Of a stretch of DNA of 64,000 nucleotides, positions 28,800 to 37,172 are shown piece after piece (within the stretch, counting starts at the first letter, position 1; every line of letters begins with the position of its first letter). The notes under the pieces are model-generated. The model was not told the DNA's origin and did not search any database. It saw only the letters and a list, made by a program, of their open reading frames with translations. Both the position numbers and the translations under genes were made by a program. Origin of the DNA: a virus (taxonomy: Duplodnaviria; Heunggongvirae; Uroviricota; Caudoviricetes); the IMG/VR virus record IMGVR_UViG_3300044295_000252, positions 66,682 through 130,681 of that record. One strand, 5' to 3'.

Positions 28800-29846
28800 T
28801 TACCCATGTTTCAAGAGATACTGGTTTGAAACCGCTTTCCAATGTGCTTGGCTGTCCAGAGCCTTGAACACCAGACCCTCGCGCAGTTTGTTGTAATTCA
28901 ACTCACTATTGCCATCAGCATATTCCAGGACCTGGTCAACCGAACAATTCCCAAGTGTCGCGCAGATATTGATCACGGGCACATGTTTGAGTCCCAAATG
29001 ATCCACAAGTTCCTGGCGATCCCTGGGGCTAATATACTGACCCTTAACCACATCGTAGATGCTGTAAACATAAAAGTCCTGACCCTTTATGCCATAGTGA
29101 TTGCCCTGCACACCTTCGCCAATCAACTCACCCTGGATGGCGATGTTGTCCAGTCCCAGCGCCTGCATCCGTGCTTCAATGTCATACTTGCGAGCCTGGG
29201 CCCAAAGAGTATTACCTTCAGTTTCTTTGAGGTTGAGATTGCGGCTGCACACCAGGAACTCACCATCAATTATGGCTGCGGTCATGCTAGAACCTTCCAG
29301 CTTTTCCGTGACTTCATAGTCCAGTTCTTTGAGCTGGGGCCATTCGCTGACGAGGTTCTGGATACGTTCTTCATCAGTTTTAGGCACAGCACTGGGCCAC
29401 GCGCCCTTGACCACACCCGCTAACTGTGCGGGAACGGGCGGCTCATATTTGATGATGCCCAACCGTTCCGACACATCCATGCCAACAAAGTATTCCATGA
29501 GGCCTGCCACAGACAGTGGTAATATCAGATCCTGGCTCAGCTGTTTACGCAGACGCACAGTGCGAAGTCGTTCACCACTAATGCCTTCAAACTCGCTGGG
29601 CTCTCGGCCCTTGCTGAGGAACGGTGCCAAAGCATGGGGAATCCAGCTGTCTACTTCACAGTAGATCACTGGGTCACCCACTTTGAATTCGCCTTTCTTT
29701 ACCACCACAGTCCAACCATCCACCACCGCGCATTCAATGGCGTCAGCATCGGGGATGGCACGGATTTCTGCGATACATCTGATCGTTGCTAATTTTCTCA
29801 TGTTATTCCTCAACTTTTGTGATGCGGACTTCAACCGTGACGTCAA
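28800..29846 (-). CDS. putative RNA ligase (nucleotidyltransferase superfamily, phage Rnl-like)
   Basis: N-terminus KLATIRCIAEIRAIPDADAIE..DGWTVVVKKGEFKVGD is characteristic of the RNA_ligase family. KLEGS resembles the KxDG adenylation motif I. 348 aa. Confidence 0.5.
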   Translation of the reverse strand: MTSRLKSASQKLRNNMRKLATIRCIAEIRAIPDADAIECAVVDGWTVVVKKGEFKVGDPVIYCEVDSWIPHALAPFLSKGREPSEFEGISGERLRTVRLRKQLSQDLILPLSVAGLMEYFVGMDVSERLGIIKYEPPVPAQLAGVVKGAWPSAVPKTDEERIQNLVSEWPQLKELDYEVTEKLEGSSMTAAIIDGEFLVCSRNLNLKETEGNTLWAQARKYDIEARMQALGLDNIAIQGELIGEGVQGNHYGIKGQDFYVYSIYDVVKGQYISPRDRQELVDHLGLKHVPVINICATLGNCSVDQVLEYADGNSELNYNKLREGLVFKALDSQAHWKAVSNQYLLKHG

Positions 29847-30300
29847 AATTATCCTTTAGATCGTCCAATTCCAACAGGCCACAGCGAGTGCAGCGTGGAC
29901 CGTATTCTGCGCTGTAGAGCCCGTTGGCGACATCATGGTCTGAGCAGCTGGTTCTGCTGTGCGGCACCAACTCTAACAGTGTGTCACGATGTTTGAGCAC
30001 CAGATCAAGACGCTGTTGCCGTTCTGCCAACCTGGCCTGTCTGGCTTCTTCGGCCCTGCGCTTGAGTTCATCCTGCAATTCTTTGTCGGTTACTTTGGTG
30101 AGATCCATGTTTCTCTCCTTATCACGTTCAAACAATCCAGATTCTGGTGTGGGATATGTATACCAGGGGCCATACATGCGCTGGAACTCCTGGGCCCAAC
30201 GCCATTGTTCACGACGACCAGCTTCGTTGCGCGAAAATTGCAGCATGTGATTCCATTTGGGGAATCCATGATATCGGCCATTAAGCTTTACGTATTTCAT
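29803..30300 (-). CDS. hypothetical protein with C-terminal CxxC..CxxC zinc ribbon-like pairs
   Basis: Start taken as MKYVKLNGRY (ATG 30298-30300), 8 nt downstream of a -10 box (leaderless). The track start at 30342 would lie beyond the promoter. Confidence 0.45.
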   Translation of the reverse strand: MKYVKLNGRYHGFPKWNHMLQFSRNEAGRREQWRWAQEFQRMYGPWYTYPTPESGLFERDKERNMDLTKVTDKELQDELKRRAEEARQARLAERQQRLDLVLKHRDTLLELVPHSRTSCSDHDVANGLYSAEYGPRCTRCGLLELDDLKDNFDVTVEVRITKVEE

Positions 30301-30307
30301 ATGGCAT

Positions 30308-30336
30308 ATTATATGCAAAATACACCAAAATGTCAA
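30308..30336 (-). promoter_or_regulatory. sigma70-type promoter (-35 TTGACA 30331-30336, 17-nt spacer, -10 TATAAT 30308-30313), leaderless
   Basis: Reverse-complement reads TTGACAttttggtgtattttgcaTATAATatgccat ATG. Confidence 0.6.
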
Positions 30337-30383
30337 TATCAACTACGTATAAAGAAGCCCGTGGAATCAATAGGTTAGCAGAT

Positions 30384-30590
30384 CTAGTGCGAACATCTTA
30401 AAGCAAACATCATGGCGTCGTCTGCTGATTCAAAACACCAAACTAGCTGGTCACTGGTTACGTAATTGATCATTTCACCAGACAAATTGTCCTCGCACCA
30501 ATCCAATAGGGCAAATAGGTCATTAGTGTGGAAAAGCATTTTGGTCCTAACCTGATGCTGGGACTCAAATAAATCATTAATTTTGCTCAT
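30384..30590 (-). CDS. FxL(R/K)W small-protein family, member A11 (outlier; ends ..MMFALRCSH)
   Basis: C-terminus FESADDAMMFALRCSH. Confidence 0.5.
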   Translation of the reverse strand: MSKINDLFESQHQVRTKMLFHTNDLFALLDWCEDNLSGEMINYVTSDQLVWCFESADDAMMFALRCSH

Positions 30591-30596
30591 TGTATA

Positions 30597-30875
30597 TCAC
30601 GCCCCAAACAGCAACGTCAACATCAGGAAGCATCGTTCAGCAGAATCGCGGCTACGATAACGCCACTTACAGCCCAACGCACCACTTTTGTTACGGTCAG
30701 GATCACAAATGTCGCGAGCCTGTTCCTTCTGTTCTTTAGTTAAACTGTCGCGCAGATGGGGATAAGAGAGATTTTTGATCTCGTAGCAGGGGCGGCGTAT
30801 TCCACCGTTGCCCGGGCCGCGTCGTTTGACCTCTACCAGTTCAAAGAGTTTATTACGTTGCAGGACGCGATTCAT
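30597..30875 (-). CDS. hypothetical basic protein
   Basis: Start at MNRVLQ chosen so as not to overlap the pilin gene (track ORF extends to 30935). Confidence 0.35.
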   Translation of the reverse strand: MNRVLQRNKLFELVEVKRRGPGNGGIRRPCYEIKNLSYPHLRDSLTKEQKEQARDICDPDRNKSGALGCKWRYRSRDSAERCFLMLTLLFGA

Positions 30876-30876
30876 G

Positions 30877-31140
30877 TTAGTTACAGCGGATACCGTGACC
30901 CTGATCATCCAGGATCTGCCGCACAGAACCATCACTGCCGGCGATGAATTTGAAACCTTCCATGCAGCGTATATCAGTGTTGGACTGCTGGCTCACACTG
31001 CCCAAGCTTGACATTGGAACCATGCGACGCTCCACACTTATAGGTTGGCCAAAGATCGCGGGCAATGCGATAGCGGAAATGATGCCAACAATCGTAATTA
31101 CTATCATGAGTTCAATCAAAGTAAATCCCTGCTGTCGCAT
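30877..31140 (-). CDS. Type IV pilin / pseudopilin-like protein (prepilin N-methylation motif)
   Basis: MRQQG|FTLIELMIVITIVGIISAIALPA is a canonical class III signal with cleavage after Gly, Phe+1 and Glu+5. A C-terminal Cys pair (disulfide loop) is present. AGGAGAATAAC SD before ATG at 31138-31140. The upstream gene ends ..GGAGAATAA. Confidence 0.7.
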   Translation of the reverse strand: MRQQGFTLIELMIVITIVGIISAIALPAIFGQPISVERRMVPMSSLGSVSQQSNTDIRCMEGFKFIAGSDGSVRQILDDQGHGIRCN

Positions 31141-31141
31141 G

Positions 31142-31417
31142 TTATTCTCCTGGTTCATATTTCTTTTTGAGTTTGAGATACAATTGGTATTCGGCCTTTT
31201 CTTCCGCTTGTTTCTGCTTCAGATGATCACGTTCCATGGCCTGTTGGACATATAGCTTCAAATCACCGCCCTGCAGACCTTTTTTGCGATAACCTTCGGC
31301 GGCGTGTCTAGCTTCAGTGCTATAGCAATCCCACCGAACATCTTTGATACCGGCGCTTTCACATATTGCAGCCCACTCATCCATGTCATCATACCATCTT
31401 GAAATACCGTCACTCAT
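31142..31417 (-). CDS. hypothetical protein
   Basis: 91-aa ORF with a charged C-terminus. Confidence 0.45.
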   Translation of the reverse strand: MSDGISRWYDDMDEWAAICESAGIKDVRWDCYSTEARHAAEGYRKKGLQGGDLKLYVQQAMERDHLKQKQAEEKAEYQLYLKLKKKYEPGE

Positions 31418-31430
31418 TGTTATTCCCGTG

Positions 31431-31595
31431 TTAAACTAGGTAGAGCCACAATACAAAAACTGGAAACCCGGCAAACACCATACCCAAAAACGCTCTAAGG
31501 GCTAGCAATGCATCATTGGTTACTACCCCTGCCAATCCGGTTATGCAGCCTATTACTAAGATGCTGAATCCCAGTGCTTCCAGTATTTGTTTCAT
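31431..31595 (-). CDS. small membrane protein (54 aa, 2 predicted TM helices), not in track
   Basis: MKQILEALGFSILVIGCITGLAGVVTNDALLALRAFLGMVFAGFPVFVLWLYLV. ATG overlaps the TAA of the SPFH gene (TAATG). Confidence 0.4.
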   Translation of the reverse strand: MKQILEALGFSILVIGCITGLAGVVTNDALLALRAFLGMVFAGFPVFVLWLYLV

Positions 31596-32383
31596 TATTT
31601 GCCCATCATCAGCGCGTTGAAGTTGGCGGGAACAACAATGGTCTGCACCTTGCCGTTCTTGATACCTTCACTAATATTTAAGGCGGCCTGAGCCTGCATG
31701 AACTGGATACTTTGGCTGCTTTGATTTGCCAAGGCATTCATACGACGTGCTTCAGCTTCCGCTGTTTTTACCTCAACTTCTTTGCGTTGCAGTTCGTTTT
31801 TGGCCTTGACCAGCTCATTGGCACTGGCCACCACGGTGTCAGCAGGCAGGATGTTCTTGATCAAGACCTGGCTCACAGTTACTACACCATCCAGTTTTTC
31901 GTCACGTAGACTGTGCTGGATATGTGTTTTCACGCTTTCTTCCATGTCCTGACGATGATCATTCATGGTCAGTGCTTCATATTCACGCGCACTCTTGTAT
32001 ACTGCGTTCTTGGCCACTTGCTGGATGTAGTTATACATCAAGTAGATTTCGCCATGTTCCTGGGCATGGAAGCCGCGATTCATGGAACCATAAATTTCGC
32101 TGACCTGTTGTGGATTGATGTTGTAGACCACGACCAAGTCAAAGTCCTTCATGGTGCTGTTATCTTTGGCCACGGGATGCAGATCATCCACAGCCGCATT
32201 CACGTTCTTGACCGGGAACATGAGCACATCCCCAATCAAGGTCTGATTGAACGAACCCGGCATCAATTCGCCTGGCTGGATCTGTTTGTCCCAGCCAATA
32301 CGCACACCCACATCACCTGTTTGAACACGAGTGCAACCCGAAGCCAAAACTACCAACGCTGCCACTGCAAAAAGCTTTTTCAT
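31595..32383 (-). CDS. SPFH/band-7 (prohibitin-like) domain lipoprotein
   Basis: Lipoprotein signal MKKLFAVAALVVLASGC. SPFH-like core with a coiled-coil tail (ELQRKEVEVKTAEAEARRMNALA). Confidence 0.65.
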   Translation of the reverse strand: MKKLFAVAALVVLASGCTRVQTGDVGVRIGWDKQIQPGELMPGSFNQTLIGDVLMFPVKNVNAAVDDLHPVAKDNSTMKDFDLVVVYNINPQQVSEIYGSMNRGFHAQEHGEIYLMYNYIQQVAKNAVYKSAREYEALTMNDHRQDMEESVKTHIQHSLRDEKLDGVVTVSQVLIKNILPADTVVASANELVKAKNELQRKEVEVKTAEAEARRMNALANQSSQSIQFMQAQAALNISEGIKNGKVQTIVVPANFNALMMGK

Positions 32384-32585
32384 TTGTTGCTCCTTAGAAT
32401 AGAATTACGATTGCCATTAAAAACCCAGTTGCCAACACCGCACACAGAATACTATATGCGGCCACTTTAGTCAACCGCCATCGCTCCAACTGATTCAGTG
32501 CGCGATAACCGTTGATGCTGCAATAGAAAATCAAAAATACAATCAAAAACGACAAAAACATGCGAATCATACCGCCTCCTTTATT

Positions 32586-33038
32586 TTACCAACTCCACCA
32601 AAACACAATCCTCGATCCATCTAGATCATCAATGGGAAGATTTTCAAGGCACATCTTGCGAATAGCAGTGACCAAATGTCTGGGCCATTTCATGTCACTG
32701 TGTTCATAGGTTCCACGTTTGGCAAACTTTTCTGCCAGTTCATACAGATAATCCCATTCTTCATCGTTGTCTGGATACGGGAAATAAACTACTTGGTAAC
32801 TATCATTGTGTAGGTTTTCACCAAACAGTTCGGTATAAACGTGCCAGTAATTTCTATAGTCTCGACTTTCCAATGCTCCAACCCATTTGCCGTCTTTGAA
32901 ATAGCCACCGTGTAAATCCGTCAGTGGTTCGATACCATCCTGGATCAACAGTTTATTTAGGTTTTTCAATATGATGGGACCAACATCTTTGATCCAATCA
33001 TAGGTTGTGATTGTTTTGGATTTCATATTATTCCGCAA
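32586..33038 (-). CDS. hypothetical protein
   Basis: 150-aa ORF. Confidence 0.5.
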   Translation of the reverse strand: MRNNMKSKTITTYDWIKDVGPIILKNLNKLLIQDGIEPLTDLHGGYFKDGKWVGALESRDYRNYWHVYTELFGENLHNDSYQVVYFPYPDNDEEWDYLYELAEKFAKRGTYEHSDMKWPRHLVTAIRKMCLENLPIDDLDGSRIVFWWSW

Positions 33039-33324
33039 ACTGTTCTCTCAAAAATACTTCGGGATCATCCTCGCCAGTTTCTTCATCATACCAACTGCAC
33101 CAGTCGGCATTGCCCTCGCCGTCAAAGTTGGTATCCCACATTTCCAGTCCACCCGCATTGCAGTAATCGGGCTTGATGTTGTTGTCAAACTGGAATGCAT
33201 CATAGCGAGCTAATACCGCCATGATTTTAACGCCTTCGGCCACAGTGTCAACCCCCACGTGGAAAGGCTTGCCAGGTACTTGTGGGATCCACCATACTCG
33301 TAATCGTGTATTCATTGTGACCAT
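33028..33324 (-). CDS. hypothetical protein
   Basis: 98-aa ORF, Trp/acidic-rich. Confidence 0.45.
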   Translation of the reverse strand: MVTMNTRLRVWWIPQVPGKPFHVGVDTVAEGVKIMAVLARYDAFQFDNNIKPDYCNAGGLEMWDTNFDGEGNADWCSWYDEETGEDDPEVFLREQFAE

Positions 33325-33665
33325 TTCCTCTTCAAAAGATAAGCGGTTAGATTTGGGCCTTGGGCTCGAATCAGATTGTGTGGTGACCTAAAATCTACCT
33401 CGGGTTGGAACCGTGTATCGCGCCGGCTGTTGAATTCGCGCACCCCCACTCGCTTTGAACTGATACTGACGATCTGTCCCAGGCGTGGCACTTTGGTGCA
33501 GCAATAAACTACCCAGTCGCCCAGAGCTAGTGGGTCGCCCCAAAAATCCAGTGTTTCTTTCACGGTGCGGGCTTCTTTAGCAGATACATGGTCACTTCCT
33601 GCGCATCCACTTTCAGCACTTCGTGCCCATACTTGCGATCGGCTCTTGCTTCGCCTGTGCGCCAA
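33312..33665 (-). CDS. hypothetical protein
   Basis: 117-aa ORF. 5' end uncertain (overlaps the next ORF). Confidence 0.4.
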   Translation of the reverse strand: MAHRRSKSRSQVWARSAESGCAGSDHVSAKEARTVKETLDFWGDPLALGDWVVYCCTKVPRLGQIVSISSKRVGVREFNSRRDTRFQPEVDFRSPHNLIRAQGPNLTAYLLKRKWSQ

Positions 33666-33826
33666 TTTCGGTTGCTGTGGTCGTAACCTACGATCATGAC
33701 CTGTCTTTGGCCCAAGCGAACCACGCGCCCAACTTGGAATAGGTTGTTACGACTGTAGACCACGAAATCATCTATCGTGACATCGCGTCCAAAATAGTCC
33801 TGATGTTTGGGCAGTTCTTTGGTCAT
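33560..33826 (-). CDS. hypothetical protein
   Basis: 88-aa ORF. Confidence 0.4.
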   Translation of the reverse strand: MTKELPKHQDYFGRDVTIDDFVVYSRNNLFQVGRVVRLGQRQVMIVGYDHSNRNWRTGEARADRKYGHEVLKVDAQEVTMYLLKKPAP

Positions 33827-34230
33827 TATCGTGTTTCCTGAGTATGTTTACAAGCGCGCCGGAATGTGAATCCTGGGCAGGTGCAGCGACGTTGACCCTG
33901 TTCTTCAGTGACCGTATAAACCGCGCCCCGGCTGCCCTCTACTTGCCATACGCGCACCTGGGACTCAGTACCCTTACGAGCCGCTGCTGAGCCGTCTGCA
34001 TACTCCAGCGCAATCACACGATTCAACGCAATGACACGGGTGGGCATTTGACGATCCTGGGGCGTGAGCAGCATAAAGCTACCTTCCGGCACTGTGCGGT
34101 CCGTGCGTCCTACAGTGCCTTCATATATGGTGTCGTTCCATTCGTTCTTGGCATAATAGTTATATTCGCGAAAGCGCGTGGTCACGCGAACGGTCTTGCC
34201 CACTGTGGGCGATGTAAATTGCGTAGTCAC
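33826..34230 (-). CDS. hypothetical protein (GTG start)
   Basis: GTG at 34228-34230 preceded by a GGAGCAG SD and a consensus promoter. C-terminal CxC..C..H cluster. Confidence 0.5.
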   Translation of the reverse strand: MTTQFTSPTVGKTVRVTTRFREYNYYAKNEWNDTIYEGTVGRTDRTVPEGSFMLLTPQDRQMPTRVIALNRVIALEYADGSAAARKGTESQVRVWQVEGSRGAVYTVTEEQGQRRCTCPGFTFRRACKHTQETR

Positions 34231-34257
34231 AGTCTGCTCCTTGTTAACTATTAGCTA

Positions 34258-34285
34258 ATTATACATGAACCAGTGAAAAAGTCAA
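34258..34285 (-). promoter_or_regulatory. sigma70-type promoter (-35 TTGACT 34280-34285, 16-nt spacer, -10 TATAAT 34258-34263)
   Basis: Reverse-complement reads TTGACTttttcactggttcatgTATAATtagc. Confidence 0.65.
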
Positions 34286-34293
34286 GTAAACGG

Positions 34294-34854
34294 TTAAGGA
34301 CCAACTTGTAGAAATTCTCGCAGGTCCTGCAAGGTAGTTTGAAAGTCACCTGTATGATGAATTCCGTATCCGCCTGCAGCACGCCATTCATTAATATTAG
34401 TGATGCGATCGTCTATTAGTACTTGTCCCGGCGCGGCGCGCCGTTGTTTATCCTGGCTATAAGGACCGAACCAAACAGGAATTCCAGGAAAGTGATTATT
34501 AGCCCAGTGCACCTTGTCCTCAAACGCATAAGGAAAATCATTGCGGCGAGGTACTGCGGTTAGAAATTTCACTTCATATTGCGACACTTGAGCCAGTGCC
34601 AACACTCGTGCCACCAATTCCTGCGCATAGGGCAAGGGCTGGAGATCACGATAAATGCGTTGAATTTGTATAAGCTGTCGCCAGTCTTCGTCGGGCCAGC
34701 GTTGACCCTCCGGCAAGTCGCGTCCCACTACCGACTTGACAAAACTCTGCCAGTCCGCAACAACACCATCCATGTCTAGAAAGATTGTTTTATTCATAAG
34801 ACTGTTTGCGATGTTTGGCGTTGCGTTTGAAGTCTTTTGCGCTGCGAACAACAC
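34294..34854 (-). CDS. 5'(3')-deoxyribonucleotidase-like HAD phosphatase (NT5C family)
   Basis: IFLDMDGVVADW = HAD motif I (DxDGV). ~186 aa. Real start may be at MNKTIF (34797). Confidence 0.65.
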   Translation of the reverse strand: MLFAAQKTSNATPNIANSLMNKTIFLDMDGVVADWQSFVKSVVGRDLPEGQRWPDEDWRQLIQIQRIYRDLQPLPYAQELVARVLALAQVSQYEVKFLTAVPRRNDFPYAFEDKVHWANNHFPGIPVWFGPYSQDKQRRAAPGQVLIDDRITNINEWRAAGGYGIHHTGDFQTTLQDLREFLQVGP

Positions 34855-34904
34855 GAGCGCGATATTTGGGGGTACGCAGATCTTTCGCGACTGCGTTACG
34901 CGGC

Positions 34905-35117
34905 TTAGGCGAAGTCATAGACGTATTCACTCGTTTTACCAATTCTGGTTACCTCAACGTTGCCAAACTGGCGTTTGTGAACCAGTTTATGATAAATGCT
35001 GCGAGCTTGATCTTCGGTGATGCGATCCACAAACAGGGAACCATAGCTGAAGCCTGCAACACCATGACCGTTTAGTGCAGGCTCAATTGTTTCCAACACC
35101 CGAGTTTCAAATCCCAT
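34905..35117 (-). CDS. hypothetical protein (70 aa)
   Basis: Preceded by a promoter cassette with CTCCTT SD. Confidence 0.5.
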   Translation of the reverse strand: MGFETRVLETIEPALNGHGVAGFSYGSLFVDRITEDQARSIYHKLVHKRQFGNVEVTRIGKTSEYVYDFA

Positions 35118-35147
35118 GCTAGCTCTCCTTGTTATTAACTATACCGC

Positions 35148-35175
35148 TATTATACAGGAATCAATCAAAATGTCA
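35148..35175 (-). promoter_or_regulatory. sigma70-type promoter cassette (-35 TTGACA 35170-35175, 16-nt spacer, -10 TATAAT 35148-35153)
   Basis: Reverse-complement reads TTGACAttttgattgattcctgTATAATagcggtatagttaataacaaggagagc ATG. Confidence 0.8.
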
Positions 35176-35208
35176 ACCGAAATCTGCGTCAGCTAAGTTG
35201 TTGATTTA

Positions 35209-35475
35209 TTAGGCGAAATAAGCTACGAGATTGCGCGTCTCGGTCTGCACGTAGACGCAGTTTGCTTCCGCGTCATATTTGTGCAGAGGATTCTTCATGA
35301 TTTTATTGAAGACGATTTTCACGCTGCGATCCGAAATTTCGTCCTCGGCAACCGGATAACCCTGCTCTGCCGCAGCTTTCTCAACGTGGGCAGAGGCCAT
35401 TCGGTATTGGCCATTGCAGCCACACATGCAGCCGGGTTTACCAGTATAAACACGAGTCACGTTTTTGAGTTCCAT
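35209..35475 (-). CDS. hypothetical protein (88 aa; CMCGCNGQY motif)
   Basis: Preceded by a promoter cassette. Confidence 0.5.
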   Translation of the reverse strand: MELKNVTRVYTGKPGCMCGCNGQYRMASAHVEKAAAEQGYPVAEDEISDRSVKIVFNKIMKNPLHKYDAEANCVYVQTETRNLVAYFA

Positions 35476-35506
35476 TTCGCTGCTCCTTGTCGTTAACTAT
35501 ACCGCT

Positions 35507-35534
35507 ATTATACAGGAATCAACCAAAATGTCAA
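35507..35534 (-). promoter_or_regulatory. sigma70-type promoter cassette (-35 TTGACA 35529-35534, 16-nt spacer, -10 TATAAT 35507-35512)
   Basis: Nearly identical over ~75 nt to the cassette at 35120-35200. Confidence 0.8.
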
Positions 35535-35562
35535 CCGAAATCTGCGTCAGCTAAGTGCTTGA

Positions 35563-35796
35563 TTAGGCATATTTTTTCAAAGCGTAAAGCAAGACATCGT
35601 CACGATCCACCTTGCAGATCTCCAGCCCTTTGCGTTTAGATGGACGTGAGCTCTTGCTGGGGCTCAGCAGCTGGACTCGCACCATTTGTTTACTCTCCAC
35701 TTCCAGCACTTCATAGAGCAGGTTGTAGGACACCACATAGTCGCCCACCACAATAGGACGACCGATCATGTCCAGGGCATGTTCGATATGCTGCAT
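35563..35796 (-). CDS. hypothetical protein
   Basis: 77-aa ORF. Confidence 0.45.
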   Translation of the reverse strand: MQHIEHALDMIGRPIVVGDYVVSYNLLYEVLEVESKQMVRVQLLSPSKSSRPSKRKGLEICKVDRDDVLLYALKKYA

Positions 35797-35798
35797 TA

Positions 35799-36020
35799 TT
35801 AGATCAACCCGCCAGCTTTGAACAAGCGACGCATGATCTCATCCGGATCATCCTCTGCACCCGCCATCATTTTGTCCCAGTCTTTTTTGGACTGGATCAT
35901 TTCATGATTGTATTGGTTCCAGGCTTGAGTATCCACTTGCAATTGGCCCGGGGCGATTTCGGTCACCATGTCCTGGGGCGGATTTGGGATAGTGAACGTA
36001 GGTTGTTTACGCTTTGCCAT
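35799..36020 (-). CDS. hypothetical protein
   Basis: 73-aa ORF. Confidence 0.45.
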   Translation of the reverse strand: MAKRKQPTFTIPNPPQDMVTEIAPGQLQVDTQAWNQYNHEMIQSKKDWDKMMAGAEDDPDEIMRRLFKAGGLI

Positions 36021-36046
36021 GCTGTTGCTCCTTGGGGTTAAGTTTA

Positions 36047-36349
36047 TTAATCACCGCTGTCAATATCATATACGTCATCGCAGTGAACACAGGTATATCG
36101 CGTGAGACAGTTTCCTGCCTTTGCACCACGATAATCATGCACACAGGGCTGACCATCTCGATTCAGGGGCACACGACCCTTGGGCGAAGAAAACATATAC
36201 TGAGCACCGCAGTTGGTGCAGTCCACAGTGTCATCTTCTGCACGATAACCGTACCAACCATGCTTGACACCATACTCACGAAGATTGTCCGGGCAGGGCC
36301 GGTGACCAGTTCCTTTACAAACAGGGCAAACACCTTTAACTCGTTCCAT
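36047..36349 (-). CDS. Cys-rich zinc-ribbon protein
   Basis: CPVCKGTGHRPC .. CTNCGAQY .. CVHCDDVYDIDSGD (multiple CxxC pairs). Preceded by a promoter cassette. Confidence 0.5.
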   Translation of the reverse strand: MERVKGVCPVCKGTGHRPCPDNLREYGVKHGWYGYRAEDDTVDCTNCGAQYMFSSPKGRVPLNRDGQPCVHDYRGAKAGNCLTRYTCVHCDDVYDIDSGD

Positions 36350-36378
36350 TTCTAACTCCTAGTATTAACGATGCAGCT

Positions 36379-36406
36379 ATTATACATGAATGGTCCGGAA
36401 TGTCAA
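36379..36406 (-). promoter_or_regulatory. sigma70-type promoter (-35 TTGACA 36401-36406, 16-nt spacer, -10 TATAAT 36379-36384)
   Basis: Reverse-complement reads TTGACAttccggaccattcatgTATAATagctgcatcgttaatactaggagttag ATG. Confidence 0.75.
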
Positions 36407-36407
36407 G

Positions 36408-36450
36408 CCAAAGAAAAAGCCCGCCAGCAGCGAGCTTTTTTCTTTTGATT
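36408..36450 (-). terminator. probable intrinsic terminator for the outer-membrane-protein gene (hairpin flanked by A- and T-runs)
   Basis: - strand transcript: aaaaaagcucgcugcuggcgggcuuuuucuuugg. Imperfect stem. Confidence 0.5.
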
Positions 36451-36458
36451 TCAATTAC

Positions 36459-37172
36459 TTAGAATGCTTTAGCTACAGAAAACACTATTGCATTTTTGTA
36501 AAGTTTTTCACCAGCTACTGTATCTGCTGCCTTGGCTGCTGCACTTAGGCCTAGGTTCTTGTAAACATGAGCACCAACGTCAAGACCTGCAATGTTGTAG
36601 GTTGCGCCTACTTTGACGTCATTGTAAGCAAGATCTTTGTGACTTGAAACAATAGTGCGACCAATATGTGCATTAGCAGTTAGTTTGGCTGCGATGGGCA
36701 TATTCAAATCAGCTTGAACATATTTGCTGTTCTTGCTGTTACTTGCGCCAAAGTAATCGCCCAGTGACTGACTATATTTCACACTTACTGGACCAGTGGC
36801 AACACCAGCATAGACTTCGTGTGTATTACTTGCGCTGTTAAATTTATTACCAGCGCGGCTATAAAAATAGTTATAGCTACCAACATCAACAGTTACGCCC
36901 TTAATAACTTCTTTGCGGAAGCCTGCATAAAGGTCGTTTTCCATGCCAATGCTGTCAGTATAAAGCTGATTGCTTACACTGCTGTTCCAGTTACCAATAT
37001 AGAAGCCACTTTTATCTGCATAGTCAACACCACCCTGCAGAGCTTGTGAATTCTGTGTTTGGCTAATACCACGGAAACGGTAATCGGTAGTTACGCTTAC
37101 ATTACCGGTCACTTGAGCTTGTGCTACTGTGGCCACAAGCAAAGCCATTGCTGCAAAAAACATGTTTTTCAT
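36459..37172 (-). CDS. outer-membrane beta-barrel protein (porin-like; TorF/Gcw_chp-like)
   Basis: Signal peptide MKNMFFAAMALLVATVAQA. VTTDYRFRGISQT motif. Alternating amphipathic beta-strands. C-terminal ...VAKAF with terminal Phe (OMP beta-signal). Confidence 0.65.
   Translation of the reverse strand: MKNMFFAAMALLVATVAQAQVTGNVSVTTDYRFRGISQTQNSQALQGGVDYADKSGFYIGNWNSSVSNQLYTDSIGMENDLYAGFRKEVIKGVTVDVGSYNYFYSRAGNKFNSASNTHEVYAGVATGPVSVKYSQSLGDYFGASNSKNSKYVQADLNMPIAAKLTANAHIGRTIVSSHKDLAYNDVKVGATYNIAGLDVGAHVYKNLGLSAAAKAADTVAGEKLYKNAIVFSVAKAF

Noticed and set aside
26445-28842. Regularly spaced ~20-nt repeat (ccacctcaRYRcaaaca) every 200-300 bp, superficially CRISPR-like
   Set aside because: The repeats are the reverse complement of the conserved C-terminal codons (F-x-L-R-W-x-stop) of tandem protein-coding paralogues. 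Spacing is irregular and the intervening sequence is coding. It is therefore not a CRISPR array.
28842-30378. + strand ORFs 28842..29423, 29329..29664 and 29989..30378
   Set aside because: They are antisense to the RNA-ligase-like gene and its neighbour. They lie on the strand opposite the promoter cassettes, and their products are compositionally odd (Ser/Arg/Cys-rich).
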